From contig CAWICY010000004.1 in assembly GCA_963834845.1 (NCBI GenBank), positions 2,848,459 through 2,912,458 of the forward strand: a stretch of DNA of 64,000 nucleotides. Reading direction: 5' to 3'. The translations under genes and the position numbers were made by a program. The stretch is from an uncultured Pseudomonadota bacterium (GTDB lineage Bacteria > Pseudomonadota > Gammaproteobacteria > Burkholderiales > SG8-39). The notes below the pieces were generated by a model. That model was not told where the DNA came from and did no database searches. It saw only the letters and a program-made list of their open reading frames with translations. Each line of letters begins with the position of its first letter. Positions within the stretch are counted from its first letter, which is position 1. Shown here one piece after another: positions 22,258-31,887 of the stretch.

Positions 22258-23162
22258 GCGATACAACCGCGAGCCTGCGGCGCAAGATCAGCAGCGCCGG
22301 CGATCTCCAATCCGTCGTTCGTTCAATGAAAGCACTGGCCGCTTCGAGTATCGGCCAGTACGAGCAATCGGTGCGCGCCTTGGCCGACTACTCTCGGACC
22401 GTGGAATTGGGCTTGAGCATTTGTTTCCGGGAAAATGCGCCGGCAGCGACAATGACGGAAACTAAGGGACGCGCCGATGAGGCCTGCGTCGGCGCGGTTG
22501 TATTCGGTTCCGATCAGGGCCTGGTGGGGCAATTCAACGACGTGGTGGCCGATTTCGCGGTGAAGACCCTGGCCGCGCTTCCAGGCAAATCTCAAATTTG
22601 GGCGGTCGGCGAACGCGTGCACGCTCGCCTGTCGAACGCGGGACTGCCCTTGGTCGGGCTCTACGCCGTGCCCAATTCCGTCAAGGCCATCACCCCGCTC
22701 GTCGGGCAGATTCTCGTCGAGAGTGAGACGCGCCACAGCCAGGGTGTAGTCACCGAACTCCACCTGTTCTACAACCGTCCCACGTCCGCGGCTATCTATG
22801 CGCCCGTCAGTCAGCGAATGCTGCCGCTGGACGAAAACTGGCGGCGCAAGCTGGCCGATCTGCCCTGGCCGACGGGAAACCTGCCCGAGGTCATGGGCGG
22901 CGGCACGGCGACCTTGCGCGCGCTCATCCGCGAATATCTTTTCGTCTCGCTGTTCCGCGCTTGCGCCGAATCCCTCGCGAGCGAGAACGCGAGCCGCCTG
23001 GCGGCGATGCAACGCGCCGAGAAGAACATCGACGATTTGCTGGAGGACTTCAATGGAGCATTCCATCGACTGCGCCAGAGCGGCATCGACGAGGAGCTGT
23101 TCGACGTCGTCTCCGGCTTCCAGGCGCTGTCGAACGAGCGGCGCGGAGCAGCGCCGCAATAA
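22254..23162 (+). CDS. atpG: N-type ATPase gamma subunit
   Basis: 302 aa. C-terminal [22 protein letters not shown] helix typical of gamma. Overlaps the atpA stop. Confidence 0.85.
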   Translation: MSDTTASLRRKISSAGDLQSVVRSMKALAASSIGQYEQSVRALADYSRTVELGLSICFRENAPAATMTETKGRADEACVGAVVFGSDQGLVGQFNDVVADFAVKTLAALPGKSQIWAVGERVHARLSNAGLPLVGLYAVPNSVKAITPLVGQILVESETRHSQGVVTELHLFYNRPTSAAIYAPVSQRMLPLDENWRRKLADLPWPTGNLPEVMGGGTATLRALIREYLFVSLFRACAESLASENASRLAAMQRAEKNIDDLLEDFNGAFHRLRQSGIDEELFDVVSGFQALSNERRGAAPQ

Positions 23163-23272
23163 TTCGGCGTTGAACGGGCCGGATTCATTGAAGGTCGAAC
23201 CATGAACGAGCTCGAACGGTTTGGGAGCAGCCTGCGGACGAGCTCTTGGTTTGAACGAGCCAGGACATAAAG

Positions 23273-24142
23273 ATGAAGATCAATTCAAAGGATTTCCGGG
23301 TGCGGCCCGGAGACAAGGTCGAACTCGGGAAGTGGCCGACGATAGTGAATCCCTTCTTCAAATCGAAAAAGCAGTACAAGAAGCTCCTGCAACAACACGT
23401 TGAGGAGTTGAGCGCACAGCAACGCCTTCTGTACGCATCCGACAGCTATGCGCTGCTGCTGATCTTCCAGGCGATGGACGCTGCCGGCAAGGACGGCGCC
23501 ATCGCGCACGTCATGTCCGGCGTCAATCCGCAGGGCTGCCAGGTGTTCAGCTTCAAACACCCGAGTGCCACGGAGCTGGACCACGATTTTCTCTGGCGTA
23601 CCACTCGCTCTCTGCCGGAACGCGGCCGCATCGGCATCTTCAACCGCTCTTATTACGAGGAAGTGCTGATCGTTCGGGTGCATCCGGAGATTCTGCGCAC
23701 CGAGGGGCTGCCAGACACGTTGCTCGACGAGAGCTCCATCTGGAAGGAGCGCTATCGCTCCATCGTGGACCTGGAAAACCATCTCTACCGTAACGGGACG
23801 CGAATCATCAAGTTCTTCCTTCACCTGTCGAAGGAAGAGCAGAGAAAGAGATTCCTCGCGCGCATCGATGAACCGGAAAAGAACTGGAAGTTCAGCCTCG
23901 CCGACGTTCACGAGAGGAAATTCTGGAACCAGTACATGACGGCCTATGAGGATTGTCTGACGGCCACAAGCACCGCTCGCGCCCCCTGGTACGTCGTTCC
24001 CGCCGATGACAAGGAGAACGCCCGGCTGATCGTTTCCGAGGCCATCCTTGACGTGTTGAATGAACTCGGGCTGGCATATCCCAAGAGCACCGCGAAGCGC
24101 CGGCGGGAATTGAAAGCCATCCGCAAGCAGCTGGCGAAATAG
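23273..24142 (+). CDS. ppk2: polyphosphate kinase 2 family protein (single PPK2 domain)
   Basis: [11 protein letters not shown]-loop-like motif and FNRSYYEEV lid region. 289 aa. Confidence 0.85.
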   Translation: MKINSKDFRVRPGDKVELGKWPTIVNPFFKSKKQYKKLLQQHVEELSAQQRLLYASDSYALLLIFQAMDAAGKDGAIAHVMSGVNPQGCQVFSFKHPSATELDHDFLWRTTRSLPERGRIGIFNRSYYEEVLIVRVHPEILRTEGLPDTLLDESSIWKERYRSIVDLENHLYRNGTRIIKFFLHLSKEEQRKRFLARIDEPEKNWKFSLADVHERKFWNQYMTAYEDCLTATSTARAPWYVVPADDKENARLIVSEAILDVLNELGLAYPKSTAKRRRELKAIRKQLAK

Positions 24143-24152
24143 CGCTTGTATC

Positions 24153-25526
24153 GTGGCCTCTCGATTGGGCAGAAGGCACCCGACCGTCGAAGCCGAGCTG
24201 GAAATCCTTCAGCGCCTATCATTCAGCTACTTTGTGCATGAGGCAAATCCCGCCAACGGGCTGGTGAGCGACAAGACAGCGGCGGATTGGCCTGCCAGCA
24301 TTGCCGCCACCGGCTTCGCCTTGGCGGCCTACCCGGTGGCGATCGAGCGCGGATTCATGTCACGTGCCGCCGCGGCGGAGCGTACGCTCGCGACGCTGCG
24401 ATTCTTCTGGAACAGTCCGCACGGCCCTGAACCCGATGCCACCGGCTATCAGGGCTTTTACTATCATTTTCTCGACATGCGGACCGGGCGGCGCGCCTGG
24501 CAATGCGAGCTGTCGACGGTGGACAGCGCATTCCTGCTGGCCGGCATGTTGACGGCGGGACGGTATTTTGACGCGCAGACGGCCGACGAGGATGAGATCC
24601 GTACGCTCGCCGACGCCCTCTACCGCCGCGCCGATTGGCGCTGGGCCCAAAACCAGGGCGCAACGCTGACGCACGGCTGGAAGCCCGAAGGCGGTTTCAT
24701 CCGGTATCGGTGGCAGGGTTACGACGAAGCGCTCCTGCTCTACATGCTTGCGCTCGGCTCTCCCACGTATCCGCTGCCTGACAGCAGCTACGCCGCGTGG
24801 AGTTCGACTTATCGATGGCGGCGCTGTTACGGATACGACTATCTGTACGCCGGATCGCTTTTCACGCACCAGCTGTCGCACCTCTGGATCGATTTTCGCG
24901 GCATCCGGGACTCGTTCATGCGCGACAAAGGCATCGATTACTTCGAAAACAGCCGCCGCGCCACCTACGTGCAGCAGCAATACGCGATCGACAATCCGCT
25001 CAAGTTCAAAGCTTACGGCCGCTGTTGCTGGGGCATCACCGCGAGCGATGGACCCGGGCCCGGCACCATCACGGTAGACGGTATTGAGCGGCAGTTCTAT
25101 GGTTACCTGGCGCGCGGAGTGCCGGACGGGCCCGACGACGGCACCCTTGCGCCCTGGGCAGTCGCGGCGTCGTTGCCGTTTGCGCCCGAGATCGTGCTGC
25201 CCGCGCTTGACTACTGCATACACCAGGCGAAGTTGACCGAGCTGAACCCGTACGGCTTCAAAGCGTCCTTCAACCCCTCCCACCCCGGAAAATCCGGCAA
25301 TCAGTACGGTTGGTGGGTGTCACCGTGGCATTACGGACTGAACCAGGGCCCGGTGATCTTGATGCTCGAAAACCATCGTAGCGGCTTGTTGTGGCGCTTG
25401 ATGCGAGACTGCCCATACATCGTCAACGGCTTGCGGCGCGCCGGTTTCGCGGGAGGTTGGCTGTCCGGGCGCGGACTCGCGCAGGAGGCGACCGGCCCGC
25501 TCCGGAGTACAACGAAGGAGAATTGA
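24153..25526 (+). CDS. glucoamylase-like (alpha/alpha)6 protein, GH144/DUF3131-like
   Basis: Family-level resemblance only (LSFSYFVHEANPANGLVSDK..., WGITASDGPG). Assigned from memory of this family. Confidence 0.5.
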   Translation: MASRLGRRHPTVEAELEILQRLSFSYFVHEANPANGLVSDKTAADWPASIAATGFALAAYPVAIERGFMSRAAAAERTLATLRFFWNSPHGPEPDATGYQGFYYHFLDMRTGRRAWQCELSTVDSAFLLAGMLTAGRYFDAQTADEDEIRTLADALYRRADWRWAQNQGATLTHGWKPEGGFIRYRWQGYDEALLLYMLALGSPTYPLPDSSYAAWSSTYRWRRCYGYDYLYAGSLFTHQLSHLWIDFRGIRDSFMRDKGIDYFENSRRATYVQQQYAIDNPLKFKAYGRCCWGITASDGPGPGTITVDGIERQFYGYLARGVPDGPDDGTLAPWAVAASLPFAPEIVLPALDYCIHQAKLTELNPYGFKASFNPSHPGKSGNQYGWWVSPWHYGLNQGPVILMLENHRSGLLWRLMRDCPYIVNGLRRAGFAGGWLSGRGLAQEATGPLRSTTKEN

Positions 25527-25529
25527 ACC

Positions 25530-27896
25530 ATGAAGACAAAAACTCTTTCACCCGAGCTAATCCAAAAGATGGATGCCTACTGGCGCGCCGCCAACTACCT
25601 GTCGGTCGGGCAGATCTATCTCTTCGGCAATCCGCTGCTGAGGCGGCCGCTGACGCTCGCCGATGTGAAGCACATGCTGCTGGGACACTGGGGCACGACC
25701 CCCGGGCAGAACTTCATCTACGTGCACCTGAACCGGGTCATCAAGAAATACGACCTCGACATGATCTACGTCGCCGGCCCCGGGCACGGTGGCCCCGCGG
25801 TCGTGGGCAACACCTATCTCGAGGGCACCTACAGCGAGATCTACCCCAACGTCAGCCAGGATGAGGCTGGGCTGCGCAAGCTCTTTCTTCAGTTTTCGTT
25901 TCCCGGAGGAATTCCCAGCCACGCGTCGCCCGAGTGCCCGGGTTCGATCCACGAAGGCGGCGAGCTGGGCTATTCGCTCAGCCATTCGTTCGGGGCGGTG
26001 TTCGACAACCCCGATCTGGTCGTCGCCTGCGTCGTCGGCGACGGCGAGGCGGAGACGGGCCCGCTCGCCACGGCCTGGCATTCCAACAAGTTTCTCAACC
26101 CGGCCACCGACGGCGCGGTGCTGCCGATCCTGCATCTGAACGGCTACAAGATTTCCAACCCGACCATCCTCGCCCGCATCGAGCGCGAGGAACTGGAGCA
26201 GTTGCTGCGCGGCTACGGCTGGACACCCTACTTCGTCGAAGGCCACGAGCCCGAGCCGATGCATGAGGCCATGGCTGCGGCGCTCGACGCGGCGGTGGAG
26301 CGGATCAGGGAAATCCAGCACGACGCCCGCGTCAACGGCAACCTCACGCGGCCGCGCTGGCCGATGATCGTCCTCAATTCGCCCAAGGGCTGGACCGGCC
26401 CGAAGGTGGTCGATGGCCTGCAGATCGAAGGCACGTTCCGCGCGCACCAGGTGCCGCTGGCCGACCCGCAGACCCATCCCGGACACCTCAAGCTGCTGGA
26501 GGACTGGCTGAGAAGCTACCGGCCGCAGGAGCTGTTCGACGAGCAGGGCCGCCTGAAACCGGAACTGGCCGAGCTTGCGCCCAGGGGCGAGCGGCGCATG
26601 GGCGCGAATCCCCACGCCAACGGCGGCATGCTGCTGCGCGACCTGCGCATGCCGGATTTCCGCGACTACGCGGAGAACGTGCCGGCGCCGGGCGCGCCCG
26701 GTGCAGGCGACACGCTAGTGCTCGGGCGCTTCCTGCGCGACGTGGCGAAGCTGAACGCAGAGCCGCGCAACTTCCGGGTCTTCGGCCCCGACGAGACGCT
26801 CTCCAATCGCCTGGGGGCCCTGTTTGAAGCGACCAATCGCCAATGGGACGCCAGAACCGCGGCGAACGATGAATTTCTCGCGCCCAGCGGCCGCGTGCTG
26901 GACTCGATGCTCAGCGAGCACCAATGCGAGGGCTGGCTAGAGGGCTATCTGCTCACCGGGCGGCACGGACTGTTCAACTGCTACGAGGCGTTCATCCACA
27001 TCATCGATTCGATGTTCAACCAGCACGCCAAGTGGCTCAAGGTCACCGCGCACCTGCCGTGGCGGCGCAAGATCGCGTCGCTCAACTATCTGCTGGCCTC
27101 GCATGTCTGGCGCCAGGACCACAACGGTTTCACCCACCAGGATCCCGGCTTCATCGACCACGTCGTGAACAAGAAGGCCGAGGTGGTGCGAGTTTACTTT
27201 CCGCCGGATGCCAACTGCCTGCTGTCGGTGATGGACCACTGCCTGCGCAGCCGCCATTACGTCAACGTGGTGGTCGCGGGCAAGCACCCGGCGCCGCAGT
27301 GGCTGACGATGGACGCCGCCGTCAAGCACTGCAGCGAGGGCATCGGCATCTGGCAGTGGGCCAGCAACGACCAGGGAACGGCGCCCGACGTGGTCATGGT
27401 CTGCTGCGGCGACGTGCCGACGCTGGAAACGCTTGCCGCCGTCTCCATCATGCACGAGCATCTGCCGGAGCTGAAGATCCGCGTGGTCAACGTCGTCGAC
27501 CTGATGACGCTGCAACCACCGAGCGAGCACCCGCACGGCCTGAGCGACGTGGATTTCGACGAGCTCTTCACCAAGGATAAGCCGGTCATCTTCGCCTACC
27601 ATGCCTACCCGTGGCTGATCCACCGCCTGACCTACCGCCGCACCAACCATGACAACATCCACGTCCGCGGCTACAAGGAAGAAGGCACCATCACTACGCC
27701 GTTCGACATGACGGTGCTGAACGACCTGGACCGCTTTCACCTCGTGATGGACGTCATAGACCGCTTGCCGCAGACCGGCGACAAGGGCATCTACCTGAAG
27801 CAGCAGCTCAAGGACAAACTGATCGAGCACAAGCAATATATCGACAAGCACGGCGAGGACATGCCGGAGATTCGTAACTGGAAATGGAAAGGATGA
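25530..27896 (+). CDS. xfp: xylulose-5-P/fructose-6-P phosphoketolase
   Basis: 788 aa. [12 protein letters not shown] and [11 protein letters not shown] signatures. Confidence 0.92.
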   Translation: MKTKTLSPELIQKMDAYWRAANYLSVGQIYLFGNPLLRRPLTLADVKHMLLGHWGTTPGQNFIYVHLNRVIKKYDLDMIYVAGPGHGGPAVVGNTYLEGTYSEIYPNVSQDEAGLRKLFLQFSFPGGIPSHASPECPGSIHEGGELGYSLSHSFGAVFDNPDLVVACVVGDGEAETGPLATAWHSNKFLNPATDGAVLPILHLNGYKISNPTILARIEREELEQLLRGYGWTPYFVEGHEPEPMHEAMAAALDAAVERIREIQHDARVNGNLTRPRWPMIVLNSPKGWTGPKVVDGLQIEGTFRAHQVPLADPQTHPGHLKLLEDWLRSYRPQELFDEQGRLKPELAELAPRGERRMGANPHANGGMLLRDLRMPDFRDYAENVPAPGAPGAGDTLVLGRFLRDVAKLNAEPRNFRVFGPDETLSNRLGALFEATNRQWDARTAANDEFLAPSGRVLDSMLSEHQCEGWLEGYLLTGRHGLFNCYEAFIHIIDSMFNQHAKWLKVTAHLPWRRKIASLNYLLASHVWRQDHNGFTHQDPGFIDHVVNKKAEVVRVYFPPDANCLLSVMDHCLRSRHYVNVVVAGKHPAPQWLTMDAAVKHCSEGIGIWQWASNDQGTAPDVVMVCCGDVPTLETLAAVSIMHEHLPELKIRVVNVVDLMTLQPPSEHPHGLSDVDFDELFTKDKPVIFAYHAYPWLIHRLTYRRTNHDNIHVRGYKEEGTITTPFDMTVLNDLDRFHLVMDVIDRLPQTGDKGIYLKQQLKDKLIEHKQYIDKHGEDMPEIRNWKWKG

Positions 27897-27903
27897 CCGC
27901 GCA

Positions 27904-28914
27904 ATGGCGCTGCGCTTGATTGAAATGGTGTTGCCGGAGAAGGACGGCGCAGAAATCCGCGAGCTTCTCAAGGAGCACAAGGTGCTCGAACACCGGCAGC
28001 TCCGATTGCCCGACGGGGAAGTGCTGGTACGGATCTTGTTGGACGCGGAACGGATGGAGGCGGTACTGGATTTGCTGGAGAACCAATACACCGCTCAGGA
28101 GGGCAACCGGGTGGTGATTCTGCCTGTCGAAGCGACCTTGCCGCGCGCCGAGCCGGAGCCGGAGCCGGCCGCCACGCCCGAACAAGCGCCGCCGGAGGAA
28201 AAATCGCCGGAGAGGATCGGCCGGGAGGAGCTGTACGAGGACATCAAGGATGCCGCGCGGAATTCGCGGGTCTATCTCGCGATGGTGGTGTTGTCCACCG
28301 TCGTGGCAGCTATCGGTCTGTACTACAGCAGCGTGGCCATCATCATTGGAGCAATGGTGATTGCGCCGTTGCTCGGGCCGAACATGGCATTGGCGCTGGC
28401 GACAACGCTGGGTGACCTGTCGCTGCTGCGGCGCGCGCTCCTGACGGCGCTGTCCGGGATTATGACGACGATGGTGTTGTCCGTGATCATCGGCGTGCTG
28501 CTGCAGGTCGATCCGGCATCGCCCGAAGTGGCGTCGCGCGACGCGGTGGGGATCGGCGACATCGCGGTGGCGTTGGCCTCGGGCAGCGCGGGCGCGCTGG
28601 CGTTCACGACGGGCGTGTCGACGACGTTGATCGGCGTGATGGTGGCCGTAGCGCTGTTGCCGCCGCTGGTGGCGTCCGGGCTGCTGCTGGGCAGCGGGCA
28701 TGCGGTGCTGGCCATGGGCGCGATGTCGCTGTTTCTGGTAAACCTGATCTGCGTGAACCTGGCCGGCGTGACGACCTTTCTGGTGCAGGGCATACGTCCG
28801 GCCACCTGGTGGGAGAAAGATCTCGCGGCAAAGGCCACGCGCATCGCGATCGGGCTGTGGGTGGTGTTGTTGGCGGCATTGGTCGGCATGATCCTGCTGT
28901 TGCGAAGGGGCTGA
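27904..28914 (+). CDS. DUF389 / TIGR00341-family membrane protein
   Basis: Soluble N-terminal domain, a PEPEP linker, then a multi-TM region (IIGAMVIAPLLGP). Confidence 0.65.
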   Translation: MALRLIEMVLPEKDGAEIRELLKEHKVLEHRQLRLPDGEVLVRILLDAERMEAVLDLLENQYTAQEGNRVVILPVEATLPRAEPEPEPAATPEQAPPEEKSPERIGREELYEDIKDAARNSRVYLAMVVLSTVVAAIGLYYSSVAIIIGAMVIAPLLGPNMALALATTLGDLSLLRRALLTALSGIMTTMVLSVIIGVLLQVDPASPEVASRDAVGIGDIAVALASGSAGALAFTTGVSTTLIGVMVAVALLPPLVASGLLLGSGHAVLAMGAMSLFLVNLICVNLAGVTTFLVQGIRPATWWEKDLAAKATRIAIGLWVVLLAALVGMILLLRRG

Positions 28915-28933
28915 TGGCATATCCGGAGCGGTC

Positions 28934-30208
28934 GTGAGCCTCTTTTCCCTGGTCAGCATCCTGATCTCGCTCTCGGCCGTCTCGAGCTACGTTAATTACC
29001 GGTACATCAAGCTGCCGACGACCGTCGGCGTCATGCTGGTGGCCCTGGTCGCGTCGCTCGCGCTGGTGCTCGCCGGTCCCTACGCCGGAGGGTTCCGCGA
29101 GCAGGCCGCGGCACTGGTCGCGCGGATCGACTTCAACCAGGTCGTACTGCACGGCATGCTCGCCTTCCTGCTGTTCGCCGGCGCCATACACGTGAATCTC
29201 GAGGCGCTCGGCCGCGAATGGCTGACCATCTCATCGCTCGCAATTTTCGGGACGCTCGCCTCAACATTCATCGTCGGCGGGGTGACGTGGCTGGTCCTCG
29301 GCTGGCTGGGCCTGGGAATTTCCATCCTGCATGCACTGTTGTTCGGTGCCCTGATCTCACCGACCGACCCGATCGCGGCGCTGGGAATCTTGAAGTCCGT
29401 CGGTGCGCCCCGGCAGCTCGAGGTGCAGGTGGCTGGCGAGTCTCTGTTCAATGACGGGCTCGGTGTCGTCGTCTTCCTGGTTCTCCTGCAGCTCTCCGGC
29501 TCGGACGTAGCCGCCGGCAACGGCGCCGCGGCACCGCTCTCGCTCGGGGTTGGCGCGGTGGCGATGCTGCTGCTCGTGGAAGTGGGTGGCGCCCTGGTGC
29601 TGGCACTGGCGGCGGGATTCATCACCTACCAGATGCTCAAGCGTGTCGACAACTACCAGGTCGAAGTCCTGCTCACGCTCGCCCTGGCCATGGGGCTCTA
29701 CGCCTTGGCGGACGCCTTGCACCTGTCCGCGCCGATCGCCGTCGTGGTTGCGGGCCTGTTCGTGGGCAACCAGGGCCGGGAATTCGCCATGACGGAGAAG
29801 ACGCGCGAGCACGTCGACACCTTCTGGGAGCTCGTCGACGAGATTCTCAACGTCGTCCTCTTTCTCCTCATCGGCCTGGAGCTTCTCGTGCTCCCGATCG
29901 AAGGCGACTGGCTGATCGCCGGCGTCCTCGTGATACCGATCGTGCTGGCCGCGCGCTGGCTGAGTGTGGCGGCAATCATCGGGCCCCTCAGCCGGGTGAC
30001 GGCACAGTCCCAAGGAGCGATTGCGGTCTTCACCTGGGGCGGATTGCGCGGAGCCATCTCAGTAGCCATGGCGCTGTCGCTGCCGGCCAGTAGCGCGCGC
30101 AGCCTGGTGCTGACCCTCACCTATTTCGTCGTTGTGTTCTCCATCCTTGTCCAAGGACTGACCGTGGGCCGGGTCATTCGCTTGACACAGAAGGAGCGCC
30201 TCTTATGA
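28934..30208 (+). CDS. Na+/H+ antiporter, CPA1 (NhaP-type)
   Basis: 12-TM profile. LISPTDPIA motif. Confidence 0.8.
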   Translation: MSLFSLVSILISLSAVSSYVNYRYIKLPTTVGVMLVALVASLALVLAGPYAGGFREQAAALVARIDFNQVVLHGMLAFLLFAGAIHVNLEALGREWLTISSLAIFGTLASTFIVGGVTWLVLGWLGLGISILHALLFGALISPTDPIAALGILKSVGAPRQLEVQVAGESLFNDGLGVVVFLVLLQLSGSDVAAGNGAAAPLSLGVGAVAMLLLVEVGGALVLALAAGFITYQMLKRVDNYQVEVLLTLALAMGLYALADALHLSAPIAVVVAGLFVGNQGREFAMTEKTREHVDTFWELVDEILNVVLFLLIGLELLVLPIEGDWLIAGVLVIPIVLAARWLSVAAIIGPLSRVTAQSQGAIAVFTWGGLRGAISVAMALSLPASSARSLVLTLTYFVVVFSILVQGLTVGRVIRLTQKERLL

Positions 30209-30560
30209 AGCCCGTTCTGGGAAGAACACCAGGCGGGCAATGCGATCGCCGCCCTGAAGGCCTTGAAAGGCGATCAGGTAATCCATTTTCAGCCCTTCGA
30301 GCCGGTGCATGAGCGCACCGAGGCCACCGTCAAGGACAAGGAGGGCAAGCAGTACAAGATGACCAAGGGCGCGCCGCAGGTGATCCTGGCGCTGTCGGCC
30401 AATGCGGCGCAGGCTAAACCCGCCGTCGAGAAGGCAGTCGACGAATTCGCGGCGCGCGGCTTTCGATCCCTGGGCGTGGCGCGAGCCGAGGGAGAGGGTG
30501 AATGGCGGTATGTCAGCGGCTGATGGACGAAAGCCCAAGCCGCAACTGAGTCGATCAGCG
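30209..30560 (+). pseudogene. remnant of a second type IIIA H+-ATPase gene (internally deleted, frameshifted)
   Basis: Translation SPFWEEHQAGNAIAALKA (post-TM2 segment) is fused directly to HFQPFEPVHERTEATV...KGAPQVIL...FAARGFRSLGVARAEGEGEW (N-domain). Homology continues in another frame to about 30560. Confidence 0.65.
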
Positions 30561-31253
30561 CATCGCCTGGTAGCCGAGCGCGCGCGCGGCCTCGACCATC
30601 TCCTTCGCGGTCGGAAAGCGGCACAGGTCGCCAGGCGGGTGCGTCGCCTCGCTGCGCGCCCAGCGCACCATGCCCTCGCGGTCGATGAGGAAGTGGCCGG
30701 TGAGCTGCATGCCGTGCTTGGCGAATATGTCCTTGTCCACTTCGGTCAATTCGAAGCCGTCCTTTGCGTTCAGCCGCAGGTTGCTCTCCATCGGCGAGAC
30801 CGCCTCGCCCATCTCGCCCGTCGGGTCCACGCGCACCGCCTCGAAGTCCTCGGGGCGCGTGCGGTGCGGCCACTCGGTCGGTGCGCGGCTGCCCGGCGCG
30901 ACCAGCCCCACCTGCGGCACGCCGAAGGCGCGGTGCACGGCGCAGTCCGGGTCGGCGAGCACGATCGCCGAGGTGGGGTGGTAGCGGAAGTAAAGCCGCG
31001 CGCGCTCGGGTAGCGTATTGAACACGGCGAGCGTCTCGACGCCGAGCTTTGCGAGCTCGGGCTGCGCCGCGCCGAGCTCGACCGCCTGGCGGCGGCAGAA
31101 CGGGCAGTGCAGTCCGCGGAAGAACCCGATCATCACTGCGCGCCGGCGGCGATAGGCCTCGAGCGACACCGTGCCCTCGCGGTTCGCCGCCGGCAGGACG
31201 AAGTCGGGCGCGCGCTGCCCGGGCTCCAAGGGATGCAAATCCGTCTGCGTCAT
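30555..31253 (-). CDS. peroxiredoxin-like (AhpC/TSA fold) protein with CPFC motif
   Basis: FFRGLHCPFCRRQ, plus a C-terminal extension of about 90 aa. Confidence 0.7.
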   Translation of the reverse strand: MTQTDLHPLEPGQRAPDFVLPAANREGTVSLEAYRRRRAVMIGFFRGLHCPFCRRQAVELGAAQPELAKLGVETLAVFNTLPERARLYFRYHPTSAIVLADPDCAVHRAFGVPQVGLVAPGSRAPTEWPHRTRPEDFEAVRVDPTGEMGEAVSPMESNLRLNAKDGFELTEVDKDIFAKHGMQLTGHFLIDREGMVRWARSEATHPPGDLCRFPTAKEMVEAARALGYQAMR

Positions 31254-31268
31254 GTGCCTTCTGCTCGC

Positions 31269-31877
31269 TTACGCCGGCATGCGCGCCGCGCCGCGCTCGC
31301 ATGCGTCGAGCACGCGCTCGAGCTCGCCGATCTCGGGCAGGTCGCGCGGTCCGCCTTCGGTTGCGTAACTGCCGCTGCGCGCGAGCCGCAAGATGCCCTC
31401 GCGATCGAGCACGAAGAATCCCATGTCGTCGTCGGCCAGGACGTTCGGCCACTCACCGAGCGCGGGCAGGAACTTGCCGAAGTCGTTGTCCGGCATGGGC
31501 TTGCGCGCCCCGGCGACGAAGGTGGACGCGTACCACCCCGGCGAATGGGGGCGCCGCTCGAGCCCCCACGCGCGGCGCACCGCGTAGTCGGGATCGCAGA
31601 GGTACTGAAACGGAATACGGAAGTTGCGGGCGTAGAAGCGCGCGCGCTCGGGCTTGGTGACGCTCACCAGCAGGATCTCCGCATGGTGCTTCTTGAAGCG
31701 CTCGTAGCCGCGCGCGAGCTGCGACATCTGCTGCCGGCAGAACGGGCAGCCCATGCCCTTGGTGAACCAGACGATCAAGTTCGCCTTGCCGCGGTAGTCC
31801 TGCGGCCCGATCTCGCCGCCGGCGGCCGCCGGCAGGCGGAACGACGGTGCCGGCTGTCCGATGGCGAGACTGCTCAT
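31269..31877 (-). CDS. peroxiredoxin-like (AhpC/TSA fold) protein with CPFC motif, paralogue of the previous gene
   Basis: Internal ATG (MSSLAIGQPAPSF) preceded by GAGGAGG, within track ORF 31269..32363. Motif WFTKGMGCPFCRQQ. Confidence 0.7.
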   Translation of the reverse strand: MSSLAIGQPAPSFRLPAAAGGEIGPQDYRGKANLIVWFTKGMGCPFCRQQMSQLARGYERFKKHHAEILLVSVTKPERARFYARNFRIPFQYLCDPDYAVRRAWGLERRPHSPGWYASTFVAGARKPMPDNDFGKFLPALGEWPNVLADDDMGFFVLDREGILRLARSGSYATEGGPRDLPEIGELERVLDACERGAARMPA

Positions 31878-31887
31878 TGCGACCTCC

